Positions 23,001 through 44,250 of a stretch of 64,000 nt of DNA are shown in pieces. The notes beneath the pieces were generated by a model. That model made no database searches, was not told where the DNA came from, and saw only the letters and a program-made list of their open reading frames with translations. The position numbers and the translations under genes are program-made. Where the stretch lies: NCBI GenBank assembly GCA_038496445.1, contig JALMLS010000572.1, forward strand, positions 12,937 through 76,936. Direction: 5' to 3'. Numbering within the stretch: position 1 is the first letter of the stretch; every line of letters begins with the position of its first letter. Source of the stretch: Trichosphaerium sp. ATCC 40318 (Eukaryota > Protista > Tubulinea).

Positions 23001-26000
23001 AGCGCTGCTTGAACATACCAGGGCTTCGGTGATTTTTAATGAGCAAACTTTGTTGCCAACAGTTTTGATAGTCTCCGCATCGGCATCTTCCACGAGTACA
23101 AGCATAAGATCGACAATTGCGTCCTAAAATAAGAAACGTTAAAAAAAAACCTAAACAATAGAATTATGAGAAAGTACTTTAAGTTCAATGTCAATAATAA
23201 ACTCAGGCATGTCATTGACATGTGCCATTTCGAGAAGGGCAGTCTCAGATAAGTTTATTTTCGTAAGCATACGTAGTATACCAGAAAAGAGCTGACTCTT
23301 GGCGAGAATAGCCTGCAGGTGAAAAAAGATTATTAACTAGAAACAAAAAGAATTAACCACTTACCTGGTTTGCTGGGCATCCGTTTGCAAAGTTACGTAG
23401 TGCTCTGAGGATTTGTACAGCAAGTTCGTGTACAGCTTCATGTGAAATGAAGGTTTCTATGGATTTCAAGTACTGTACTGTAGAATGCAGCAAGTTATGA
23501 GCTGGATCTGACAGAAGTGTCTAAAAAAAAAATTGACTTAGAAAAAAAGTGCAAGGCTTGACTTAACGCTTACCTGGAATATTTTCTCGGGTGCTTTTTG
23601 GCTGTCTGTGCCCTTCTGAGAGAGCAGGTCAAGGATTTTATACAGTGCTAGAATACGATCACCAACCAAGAACACAGCTTCATGAGCAATCTTGATTTCG
23701 TCATATTCTATACAAAAGTTGTTAGCAAACAAAACGATGTCTTTTTTCCTTCGTTTACCTGGTGTTTTGGGCTGAAGTTCAATTTCTTTATATCCATTCT
23801 TCTTATGCTTCTTTTTCATTTGATTATGAATATTCTCTGTAGTAGCGTCCAATACGTTAATACGCCTCTTTGATTTTGCAGTACGCAATGAGGTAGCAAT
23901 AGCGCCAGCAGAATCGCTGTTGAAACAACGTTAGTAAGTCCTTAATCCTAAAGAAACGTACTTTTCGTCGTATGTGCCTACTCTTTCTCTTCCTCCAGCA
24001 CGTAACAACTTTACTTTAGCTTCTCTAACGTAACCGCGTTCTTCGTCCAGTATTTTGTAGATGTCCACAAAAAATTGGCTGTAGCCGCTAGAAGTGAACA
24101 ACAAGATGATGTTTTCCTATCGCATTAACGTAGTGAGCAATCTAAGCTTGTCTAGACAGATTTGTAGATTTGTACCTGGACGTATCTATTAGGTTCTGAA
24201 CCTACGTTCTCACATCCATGGTCCTCTAGCATTGCAAGTAGCGTTGACAAGGCGGCAGCAAGAAGTTTACGGTTTTTAGTATTGAATAACGTTATGATCG
24301 CCATTGGTGCGCTGAATAGTACTAACTTCTTCTGTTTCTTTTCAATAACAGAGACGTTACTATCAGAAATGATCCATTGACGTAAAACACGTAAAAGAGA
24401 TATACGAAGACTATCTTGGGTATATGATGTATCACTACAAACAATAGATTGTTAGAAACTAGCTTACGTTCATATCTTGTAAATTACCTCAAATGCTCGA
24501 TTATGAGCTCAAGAAATGTCTGTTTTACTATCTCGCTAATCTCATGGTTGTCTTTGGATAGTACTAACTGAGCAATATTCTTAGATACTTGCTGTTTGCT
24601 AAGAAAAAAAGGTGAATATTCTCGCACTTTAATGTTTTGAATGTTACTTACGTTTGTCTTTTCCAGTGTTCAAATGCAGCACTATCTTTCCAAGCAAATC
24701 TGTTCTTTTTGGTATTGGATTTATCGACAATATTAATATGCTTCAGTATAATCTCCTAAACCAACGTCAACCACAGTCGACTAACAAGTTTTTTTCCACT
24801 AATTTTCTTCTTTTTTCTTTTCAGTTTTCTAACATTTCCGTACGTTGTCATTATCTAGTAGCGTTACACCAGAATCTTTTAGAGCTTGGATAGTGATAAT
24901 TATATTATTCATTAGATATGTATCCTTTTTGTTTGTCTCGCATTGTTTGAGTCTATGAAGGCTCTCAAGCAACGTCGTTGATATCTCTTTCTCCTCACTT
25001 AAAAACAAATCAGTCACAGTCGGTTTTTGTGAAAAGAATAGAAGGGTGGAAAGGATGAATGACCGTACCCAAGTGTAGGCTTGAAGAAGCGAGAAAAGAA
25101 TCCACGCAGAAAAGGTAGAATTACATTATATACACAGTCTTTAAATGCCTCTGGTGTTTTACTACGTATTGTTAGCTCTTAACAAATCAACAGTACTATC
25201 TTACGAGAATTCTGATGCGTATAAATTGAGATCAGTGTTAAATCGCTTCATTAGCTTCCAGAGCTTGGGGTTGAATTGGAGCAATAGAACGTCAGGCATA
25301 ACTTGAACTGAGCTTTCGGTATGGAAGTAAACCTAGGGTTGACAATGAGCACCAGAAAGAAATTGCACGTTTTATAAGTACCTCATCTATAAAGTGTGCA
25401 TACGCTGCACGTACAGCAAATCCATTACCAGATAAATTGGTGCACGCATGTGTAAGAGCATCATTGACTAGTACAGCATTCAGCATGATTTGACGTACTA
25501 AAGTGTAAGTACCTGGTAATAAGTTTTGACAAAGAACTTCAGTGAAGTAATTCTTTCCTCTTGCTGTTATAGCCAAAGCTCTGACAAACAGAGCTTGACG
25601 TAGAGCTTCACTGTCAACTTTCTCATCAAGTGCATATGTCCAGTCACTAAAATTAGATTTAATTACAACGAAGTAAGAAAGCAAGGCGTACACTGGTTCC
25701 TTAGGCTTTACAATTAGTTCGACCTCTTCTTTTCCTTTTTTTTTTCGCCTCTTCTTCTTCTTTCTTGAAGACAAAGCTAAACACAAAAGTTATATACATT
25801 GCTAATAGTGTATATGTTGGCATGCTTACGTGGTTTCTCTGGAGCACTATCCGCATCTATGAGTTTTCCTTGTTCTGTTGGTATGTATACGAAGATTTGT
25901 TTCATATCCTTATGCTCCATCATTAATTTCAGTATTGACAACTGATGCTCTTTCAAAATCTTTCGACGGTTTGGATTGATAATAATCTACCAGAGAGAGT

Positions 26001-29000
26001 AAGCAAATTATATAGTTTTGATGAGTTTCTAACCTCGAAAAGATCCACTACTAGACCCGTGGACTGGTTCTTACATAAGCACATAACAAATGGCGCCAAG
26101 TGTTTCTCAGTGAGGCACTCACATAGCTCAACATTTTCTCTAAACATTTCTATAAATAGTTCCAACATTGGGACGCATAGATCCTGTAATAATGTTAATT
26201 AGTTTGAATTGAACGTAATCTATGCCTACTGGATTTTCCATATAACGAGTGAATTTACTAAGGAGAAATGGCATCGAACGGAAGAGATCTTTTTGGTTGT
26301 TGGCATTATTAGTACAAAACTAAAAAAGACTTAGAAAGGGGCTGAAGGGAGTGTTGTACATGTCTTAATAAAGTAATAGCGCTAGCCATTATATCTGTCG
26401 TTACATTATCCTTACTACACTTATCGCTAATTTGAAGGGGTCGCTTTATGAGGTTTAGAATTTCACCATGAGCGCCAAGGTAAAACAATGTCTTTTTGTA
26501 TATGTTGTCGCCTAAAAAAAAAATTGATTAATGATTATCGACTTTCTTTTCAACCTTACCAAGTCCACGGCGTAGGGTAGACCCGCCTATACATATACGA
26601 TAGATACAGATATATAATAAGGAAAAATACAGAATATGTTACTTCAAAAAACACTTGACAACTAAAAGCGAGAAAATATTAAGAATGTACCTTCACACCA
26701 GCATGATAGTTTGTAAAGTGCTTCTAGGACTTGTTCAAAACTTTCATCGTCTAGCGGCTTTGCTGTAAGTATTTCTAGTAGAAGTATTTGTTCTTCAATT
26801 TTCGTCTTCGTCCTGACTTGAGCATTGTTAACAAGGATTTGAAGTCTTCCAATCTCTTGCAAAATAGATGCTTGCTTCCTTATTTAAGTATTAGCAGAAC
26901 AATCACAAAAAGGGTATTTAATCAAAAAACGTACGAACTAAAAGTGAGAACACGCTTTAAAAGTGCCATTCCATTAGCGCTTAACTCAGGATTTTTGTGT
27001 CTAGAAGAGATATTAGGTTTGATGTCGTATTGAAAAGTGTATCTCGTACTTTAGTAAATCAAACAATACTCTCCAACCATCATCAGAAACGAGGTCTGCT
27101 TCATTAAATTCTTCCAGAAGGCCTAGTTGATTTTTAGAGACTGTATGAATTAGCTCAAGGCTTACTGTTTTGTAAGGTAGCTTTGGTTGCCTCTTCTGTC
27201 TTAACTAATGACTTGAAACCCTCTGTTTGCATGTATTTATCAAAACGTAAGTTAAAGAATAAATCAAAAATTCGATTCAACATAACAATCACTTCGAGCT
27301 TGATTTGCTAGAAAAAAGTGTCAGGCGGCACTGTACTATGATGATTCCCAACGAACTTACGACAAGAATTTGTTCATTCTCTGCTGAGAGTGTACGAGGA
27401 TTGCCCATGTGATCTACAGGCAAACAGTTAAACTAAAATAGATATACAATTTTGAAATAAAAACGTGCCTTCATTTGGCTGAATCTCTAGGATTTTCTTT
27501 AGCCTTGGTAGTACCACGCGCTCCTTTTTCTTAAATACCCCAAAGCTTAAAGAATATCTCAACATTACAAATACCTACGAAAGCGTACTGTAAGGACGAA
27601 GAACAAGAAGTAAAAATACAGGTTTTTTGTTGAAAGAAAAGTTCTCGTTGTGAAGAGCTGAACCAGTAGATCAAGAAGTAAATTCTGACTGGAAATGGAA
27701 CGTACGCGAAGGAGAAATACTGGCTGATTTGTAGCGACTTGACGGTTATCAAATCTGAAATTTACTTCATCGAATACATATGATAGTAAAAACTCTTGAA
27801 CATTTGAAGGTTTTGGAATTCTCTTGATCTCATCTTTAGAGTGCATTTCTTCCTCAAGATAAGCCCATTTACCACCGCTGTAATTTGCAACACCCAGTTT
27901 TTGATGTGCTTTCTTGGACGACTACAACAATGATTAACTTTGTACACAAAGAATATCTAAAAGCAAAAGAATGTTTTCAACTTTTTTCTTCTACGTACAT
28001 ATACACGCTGTAGTTGTGTTTCTCTTTGTGATTGAGGTGACCTATCAAGCTCTGTATATAGTATAAAGTTGCAAAAAGCGGCACGGAATGCCGCTGGTAT
28101 GTGAGGATCACATAACGCTGAAAAAGCTTGAGCAAATGTCATGCCTATCTTTTTAACAAGCAAGATGCCCTTGTAGTTTCGTCCCTAAACTTTAGTGAGT
28201 AATTGTTGCATAAATAAAACATTTATTACTGCAACGTACCTCACATATATTACCGTATAGTTTCAAGAGTTCTAGAAAGTATTCACCTTTATCTTTATTT
28301 TTACCTTCTAGCCATCTATTTGTGAAATGACGAAGTGTTATGGCTTTCTGAGTCTTTCTATTGACCACCATTACTTCTTTGTCGTGCTAAATATTAACAT
28401 TAGATTGATAGAGTGTAGGAAAAGAAAAGAAGAGGAGCGTTGAGGGTAGTGGTTACCTTTGTTCGGACAAGTAATTGCGGATTTTCTAACAAACAATCTC
28501 CAATAATTTGTTGGTTTTCATGAAGTACTGTATCTCTATAACAAAAGTTTGTACAAATAGATTCGTCGTGTCAGCATAATTATACATACCCACTTTTACA
28601 AAATAGGCTTAGTAACTGTAACCATTCATGACTAGAGGTAGAATCAAGTAGTTTGAATACATGTTGTATTTCTTCTCTTGTAATATTATTCAACAAAAAC
28701 GTGTTGTCTCGGTACATTTCAACAAAAATACGTGAGTACTCAACTTGCTTGTAGTATGAGAACTAAACAACATAAGATAATCACATTAAAGGATACAGAA
28801 ATGAGTATACGTACAGCACGACCGCTCAAACCGATAAAGCTATCAAACTTTAAATGGTTTGATAACAATTTGCCGTTTTTGTGGTTTTCCGCTACTATGA
28901 ACCGCAAAAGTCTTGATGCAAGCACAGTCAATTCAATCTGTTGTCTCTCCCCAACAAGCAAAAGTTTAACAAGTGTACGCAGAATCTAAGGATATTTAAC

Positions 29001-31409
29001 AACAGCGACTATAATTCTTTGATTTTAGCACCTTTGATTTTCCAAAAATATTTTGATGAGATACAATAGGTATGCCTGCACGTTGGTAAATATTGGTTTC
29101 GTTCGATAGTGTAGCGAATGTTATTAAACTACTAATTGCTTCTAACATATCTGACGCCTTATATTTTGACTTGGGCTAAAAAAGAACGTAAACACAAAAA
29201 ACCAAGAAAAAGAACCAAGTTATTTTGTACGTTTTCAAGGAAGTCTGCCAGCTTATCAATACGTAACATTACAAAGTTGTAATCATCAATTTGGTACGTT
29301 GGGATTATGCCAACGGTGAACCAATCCTTAATGTTGAACTTGCTTGTAGCAAACATTTCAAAGTCACGTTTCCCTTTAATTTGAGTAGAATATCCAAGTG
29401 TACTCTCGGTATGAACCCATTTCTTGCTAAACACAAATCAGGTTAAGAAAAACAACTACCCTTGGAACTTACCTAGCTGATTGTAGAAGAAACTTTGATC
29501 CATACGGTATAGCTTCTTCAGAGTGCTCCTTATCCTAGAAGACAAAATTAATTCAACAGAATTTTTTGACTTTAACTCATTGAAATGCGAAAAAGAACTT
29601 GCACTTAGTACACTTCTTGTCGTTCAACTACTACTTTTTCTTCCAATAAAGAAACACCTCACGTTTTACTCTTATTTTCCTCAAAGGGTAAAAAAGTGAA
29701 GAAGTTTGACGATTTAGAGTGTACTAAGTTGTGACAAGATTGTGAAGAAAAGAAAACCGAAGAAATTACCTTGTGATCAAAAGGCATCAACGAAAATGTC
29801 GATAATGGCCCAGTTGATTTCTCTGAAAGTATCAAAGCAGCACTACCATTAACAAGCTTTGTACTTGGCGCTTCGCTCAAGCTAAGATACTTTGAGGTTC
29901 CGAAAAGCCTCAGAGTAACTCTGGTGCTCCATGTTATTTCAGTTTCACCAATAACATCATCTACAACAGCAGGAACAACAGGAGCGACCAGAGCGGCTTC
30001 GCTATCATCAGCATCTGTTTTAGTCTCGGGATCCTCTTCGTTTTTTGGTTTCTTTGTTTTAGCGCTGGAAATAACCCACAGCGCTTTATAAGGTAGATGT
30101 TGTTCCTTGGAATAACTCTTACATCTTACAACGTCTTTGTCTTCCATACCACAGACATTGCCTTTTTTAACACAAAAATCAGAATTGTCACGAAAGAAGC
30201 GTTGATCAGTTTATAAGCACATACCTACGACATTATGTGATAGTTGTAATAGGCTGCCTTCCTTAAGAACAGCTCTATATCCCTCTCCTAAGGATAATAA
30301 GCGAATAAACGTAAAATAAAGATGAAGAGTTACCCAAGTCGGAGTGAACTATACACCATGGTGTAAATGCCCTAGAAAGATCAACCTAACACGAAATTTC
30401 AGCATAAAACAGTCTTTTTAAAATTTTGAAACTGCGTACCTCGTAGTTTGTATTCTCGTCTAGATCTTTGGTTTGATGCAAGAAATAACCAGATTTAACA
30501 TGTTCTAGGCGTATTCTATCTCCTACGAGCACCTATAATAGATTCTTCGTTAAAAAACAATGTTTCGAAATAAAGAAAAAAAAAAGCCGAAGTATTGTAC
30601 CCTTGAGCCTTCATTTCGGCTATCATTATGTGGAAGTACTTTAAACCAACAACTCTTTCCAGCCTAAACCATCCACAGTTAGTTATTTCGGGATATTAAA
30701 CCTCCTTTTTCATTTTTAGTCAGACGACTTTACCTCTTTTTGCATTATACATTCTGTATCCTCATGTGAAGCTAGATACCTACTGGTTCTTTGGTGTAGT
30801 AACTATAACTCTGTAAGGGCTTTTGGGTAACAACTTGGCAATTTGACAAAAACCAAAAATGGACCACTGCAGGTGTGTTTTAATGCCTCCGACGCGTTTA
30901 TTGAGGTTGAGAACGCCAGTATTTGCTTTTTTATTATGTACGAGACTAATAAAAAACTACGGCGCGATAGTCCGATAAAAATAATGGAGCGTACCTGTAT
31001 CGTTTGGCCATAGATTATAGGCTTGCCGTTGAGTTGAGACTGTAACGTTTCGTCAGTTTCGCGCTGAATTTGCTTTTGAACCTATGTTACGCTATTAGAT
31101 GCGCAGAGTAGTGGTTTGGTACTTGTTCGTCGCGTTTCTTTTTTTTGCCTCTGGCAGAATCAACCTGCGTTATTACAGCAATTTTAAATATGCAATCTAC
31201 AGTGGTTGTGATGTTAAGGAGAAATAATAGCGGTGTTTCTGCCAACCTTTGTCCTTTAGCGTTTTAACGATACAACTGTCCTCCATAATATGCTTGGAGC
31301 TAATAAACCCATCGTCCACTTCCTCTTTTGAAAGTAACAGCACCAGTTCACCTGTTTTTAAATATTTCGCTTCCTCTTTTGCGCCCCCAGCGGGCAATCT
31401 GCGCTCCAT
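20091..31409 (-). CDS. ITPR: Inositol 1,4,5-trisphosphate receptor / ryanodine-receptor family Ca2+ release channel
   Basis: N-terminal YLKTGELVLL..DCIFKI..PIIYGQTIQ|LLHQRTSRYL (suppressor/MIR), RIH-like repeats, transmembrane region, IILNVILATIVDTFG, CFICSLDRDTF and EHINEQH..YLYFFVY. Dozens of short introns. Confidence 0.93.
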
Positions 31410-32059
31410 GAATATTGATCAGTTGTCCATAACACGAGCGAATTTTTACATGACACTTAACGCGTCTTCAATAAGTCGTCTCATTTCGTTACAATTTTAA
31501 ACCATCACACGTACTTAGGCTTCAAGCAGTACTAAGAAAATAGGTACATAGCTGATATCACTCCTTCAAATAGTTTTAAACAGTAAAAATCGCCAATTGT
31601 GGTAAACACAAGCAAGTTTCAGATATTTGACACCATATTGGGGGTTAGGTTAAAATACCATAAAACAACCTTTCGTTTTTAGTAAATGTGTTTGGCTTGA
31701 CGTGTACTTCACTTATGGCTAAATCAAGGAAGCTTGATTAAGTTTTTTGATCGGAAAAACTAACTTTCTCATTAAATTTGTTGCAACTCGACTTGGCAAA
31801 TAGAACAACTGCGTAAATACGTAAAATAGTAAGCAAATCGTTTTTTCAGTAGCAATAATGGCGGAACAACACTATGATCTTTTTCGCGTTTGTTTACGCA
31901 CTTTTTGATCTATACAATGCGTATTATGTGTACATAACTCATACAATCACTTCTACTTGAACAACTCCTACAACTCATAGTTACGAGATATAGGCATGCA
32001 ATACTGCAATTAACGAAGAATAACAACTCATATATCGCCATATCGATAAATAATCAATA

Positions 32060-34542
32060 ATGCTAAGTAACGTCAGGTGCGCATAAAAACTACCCAAACA
32101 AACAATAGGACAAAAACGGAGAAGTACTGCAAACTCACTCCAACTTAGAAGCTTTTTTCAGACATTTCAAATTGACCTGACAAACAAAGTAACTCGTGCT
32201 TTTGCATTAGTAGTAGTTGTATTTTTTGGAAGTACAACATGTGGTATACTATTTGGATGGGCTTCTATGCAACTCGGTATGTTTTTCGGGATGTCACGTT
32301 ATTATAAAATTGTTTATCCAATAAATCATTCGCAGAAAACTAACACTTTTTTTAAACAGTTTACAAAAGTGAAGGCGTATATTTATCTCTATGCCCTGCC
32401 CCTGAAGCAACAAACAGCACATTATCGCCTCTTAATACAACAGCTATAAATGGCACCGACACATCTACAGGAGTACGTGATTCTTGCTCCTAGAAGTGAC
32501 GTGAACGAGTCATAATTGTTAACTTGTTTTTTAGTGTGAGGAACAAGAATTACGTCTCAACCTTGTATTTACTATAAGCACGTCGGTACTTTTATTAATG
32601 AATGTACCGCTTGGTTACGTAGTAGACTACATTGGACCTCGTTTAACTTCCCTACTTGGATTTATAGGCCTTATTTTTAGCTCTATACTAATTGCATTCG
32701 GAAGTCCAAGTACGGCCTCTATTTCTACTGTTATCATAGTAATATCTTGCTAGGCTTTGACTCTTATATTCCTGGATTTATATTTCTCTCTATTTCAGGA
32801 TTTGCTGTCTACCAAGGGTTCTTGAAACTAAGGAAAGTTTTGAGTTTATTGTCTTCAAAAAACAAAATCTTTACGTCCTTGCTAACTATTTTTGTAGTGA
32901 TGCTTTTCAGGGTTGGAAGGTCATAACGTTATCTGTTGTTAGTACTAGTTTTGATGCTAGTTCAGGTGTTTTTCTAATATTTTGGGTAAGTGAAAATCGA
33001 AGCTTTTTTTTGTACCAGTAAGCTTATACAAGTATGTTAGTACACACATCGTGAAGGAGGTGTTTCAAGCCAGGATTTACTATTGTACTACCTACTTATA
33101 CCATTCTTGGGTGTTATTTGGATATTCTTTTGGCCAACTGGTGTAGAATCTGACGAACCCAGAAAAATACAAGTACGTATTACACTGGTTTATTGCTTTT
33201 TTTTTTCCCATCAATTTGGCTATACATTGAACACCAATACAATGATATTTCTATTGGTATTTCTGTGGCCATACACCAAATAAAGGCGCGAACTGGCGGC
33301 AATGGCAACACAGATATGTGTCATTGTAAAAGAGTTTGCGCCACATGTTTTTTATTTGAAAAATCAAATTTTTTTTTTCAAATCAATCTTTGTTCTTCTT
33401 ATCAACCCCTCGCAAGTTTTGTGCTCAGTTTGATTATATCTCGGATAAGTGTAATACGATTAACAAACATCAATAGAAATTAAAGAGTCAACGTAGGCTT
33501 GACCTAGTAAAAAGTGAAAAAAGCACAGACAGCAAAACAGTATATCGACCTTATGAGACGCTGTCTTTCTGGAAACAAATGATGACAGCAGAGTATATAT
33601 TCCTTCAGATTTATATGGCTTTTTTCCTTCTTTGGTTGAACGCTATGTTTCCATTAGTACAAGCAAGAGCGGAAGAGATTGTTGGTGAAGAAAGAGGTAC
33701 TGTAACAAAAGTTCTGCTGTTTAAACCACTTGTGAATACTAAGTGACACATTTAGCTATATTTATGGTAGAAATATTTAGCATACTCCAACCAGCTAGTT
33801 TTATATTTGCACCACTCTTTGGTATGTGCTACACCTCGTACTTTTTTCTTGTTATTTTCTTCTTTCTTCTTCCACTTTTTTGAGCTTCTCGAGCTCATTC
33901 TTTTTCATTCGATATTTTGGGTTTCACATTATTCTAAGCCCGAAAAAGAACATATTTACGGCTGTATAAGAGTTGCCAAACACATTTCAGAGACTGACTA
34001 AGATTGACAAAGACTTACTTTTTTTTTGTATTTAGCGCTTTTTAATGAGAAGATCCATTATAGATGGCACTTTACAATTGTTCATTTGTTGTTCCTTATA
34101 TTCTCGGGCCTACTTTTCATTCCATATGAAGCACCTCAATATGCTGCATACGTTGTATTCTCAACAATACGAATGTACTTCTTTGGTGTTCTTGCAAACT
34201 TTATAAGTAAAGTTTTTGGTTTCCGCAACTTTGGTCGTCTTTATGGTGTTCTAGGATCCATTAACGGTACGATTCTTATACTATAACAATACATTACTCT
34301 TCTGACTATCGTTTTCAGGTATTGTATCTTTCCTAATCTATGGTGTATCAGCATTAGCGCTTAATACTTTTCAAGGAGAATTTTTAGTTGTTAATATTAT
34401 ACAAGTTGTTTGTATTTCTTTGCTATCTTTCTTTCCTATTTTTCTTTTCACTGCCGCACATAGTAAAACAATGGACCCAAAATATGCAGGTTCAAAGAAG
34501 GGTTTTGTAGTATCAGTCAAAAACTTACTTGGAGGTGACTAA
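32060..34542 (+). CDS. MFS transporter, SLC43/LAT3-FMP42-like
   Basis: GILFGWASM, CEEQELRLNLVFT..PLGYVVDYIGPR, STSFDASS and FGFRNFGRLYG motifs with ~12 hydrophobic segments. Confidence 0.88.
33215..33348 (+). ncRNA. Intronic box H/ACA snoRNA
   Basis: Hairpin 1 (TGGCTATA/TGTGGCCA and ACCAATA/TATTGGT with an internal pocket), box H ACACCA at 33273-33278, hairpin 2 (GGCGCGAACT/AGTTTGCGCC and GCAATG/CATTGT), then ACA at 33343-33345 plus 3 nt. The pockets lie 14 and 15 nt from the boxes. Total ~134 nt, sense strand, inside intron 33173-33476. Confidence 0.8.
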
Positions 34543-34755
34543 TGTACATACAAAAAAGTAAATAAAAATAACTCTAATTGGACTAAAAAACTCGAGTTCG
34601 TAATGCGGTAGTGTCATCACTTTTTCTGTAGCCGGTGTCAAGCTCATGAACTATTGGTACAGTATTTACCAATACCTGAAACCAACAAGTAGTACAATGA
34701 ATAAGGTGAATAAATACAAGACTTGATTTATATGTACAACAAAAAATACAACTAT

Positions 34756-42666
<7,911 letters not shown>

Positions 42667-43087
42667 GCGAGACTGGTTTGGTTTTGTGAACATGGTCTAT
42701 ACGTGTTTGGACATATAAACAAAAACTGGGCAAAGTCAGGATTCAGTCAGAGCTCTCACTACAAGTCGTAGCGCCTTTTGAGGAATAGAACCCTCCCGTT
42801 ACGTCATTGCGCGCAGGAGTTGCTGCCCAACAATACGGATATTTATGTAAACAAAAACAGCGTATGTGTCACCCGAACTTGAAACCTTGTCTTTGGCTAC
42901 TCAAGCGTGCTTGTAGATATTAAGATACAGAAGTAATTGCTTTTTAAACTCTCGTTAGAACCGAAACGTTTAGAACTAATATCATACGCGAAAATAGGTG
43001 TATTAGCGCACTGTTGAGCGGTTTTACGAGCTTCACGGTTTTGACTAAAACTCGTTGTGATGGTCTGCCTTTGGTTTGTGTGGCTCT

Positions 43088-44091
43088 TAATCGGTACCAA
43101 TTTCGCTTCTGAACCAATTGCCTGCCCTTGGCTTCGATTTATATAATACTACATGGTTTTCGGTCAGATGGTGATTGGTCAGATCATCACCAAACACGTT
43201 CGCATGAAACGACACTCTAATACCTGAAAAGGAAAAAAACAGTTCATTTCACAAGTTCGTATCGTCGTTTTCTACTTTTTCAAAACATCTCTTTCAAAAA
43301 TACCCTTTCATTGCAAAAAGAAAGTAACGGGCCATTGGCGCCTGTAAACTGATAGGCCAATCCAAATTGAATAATACCAAGTTGACTAAATACAAGCGGA
43401 AAAACGCTTTCACAATACTTTTTGCTAACCAAAAGATCGCTGATACTGTCCTCGCATGCGTAGATAGCTACCACAAGGGTTTGCGAGCGTTTTGAAATGT
43501 GCATTATCCATTTTTTGAGTACTAAAAAGGATATTTCGGTGAAGTGCATCCCACAATTTATTTCTTGGATGTTTGTACGTGTATAAAAGTCGCATCAACT
43601 TCCTAACTATCGATGAGCAATCATCTGCCTACCGTTACCTCACGTTAACCAAACGTTCTGAGTAAAGCTGTTGCGGTTTGGCCACGCAACGGGCTCAAAG
43701 TTGCGCTGTTACCTTGTTAGGGTATAAGATTGGTTGGATAGTAATGTAAACCCGATTGCAGCGGGCATTGTAGAATGCATAATGACTTTGAGCTGATGAT
43801 GAGGCGTTCCGTAACAAAGGACTTCCAGCCCTCACTAATATTTTTGCAGAAATGATGTTAGACACTTGAAGCTTACGGCCGTAGACTGTAATTCTATCAA
43901 CAAATAAACTTGTACTTTTTGGTGTTCATTAGCTGTAACAGATTGGAGGCTGGAGCTTGTACTTTTGTGTTGGAAAATGCACGTTGTGCACGTTTTGAAT
44001 GCTCCTGATTGCTGCAACAGTAGCACTTCCGTTGTCCAACTACCTTAGAAATTGAAAGCAAAGAAATGCTTTCGGGTGGTGATTGCAACAT
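43088..44091 (-). CDS. Hypothetical multi-exon protein (weak)
   Basis: A chain of minus-strand ORF pieces separated by intron-like segments fills a 1.3-kb gap in an otherwise tightly packed genome. No family was recognised. Confidence 0.3.
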
Positions 44092-44250
44092 TCATAGAAA
44101 TCTAGTTTCAGCTTAATTGTCGTTTGAAACTTCTTGCTGCTTACAGGATCCAATCACCTTGTACATATAAATACAGCGTTTTTTTGGCACTTATAATTTA
44201 TAATACAATTTTCTTTGTTGTCTTAGTTTTTTCTTTTCTTTTTTTTCGCT

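Noticed and set aside
27141-27190. Additional GC-AG intron (GAG|GCAACC) in IP3R
   Set aside because: An in-phase GT donor 15 nt upstream fits equally well, so it cannot be decided without transcripts.
28788-28796. U12-type donor-like GTATCCTTT in the IP3R gene
   Set aside because: It lies inside an ordinary intron that starts at an upstream GTACGT donor, and no U12 branch site (TCCTTAAC) is present.
31930-32032. Repeated (C)AACTC(A/C)TA words upstream of the MFS gene
   Set aside because: There are only four short degenerate copies in AT-rich DNA, which cannot be distinguished from chance without genome-wide statistics.
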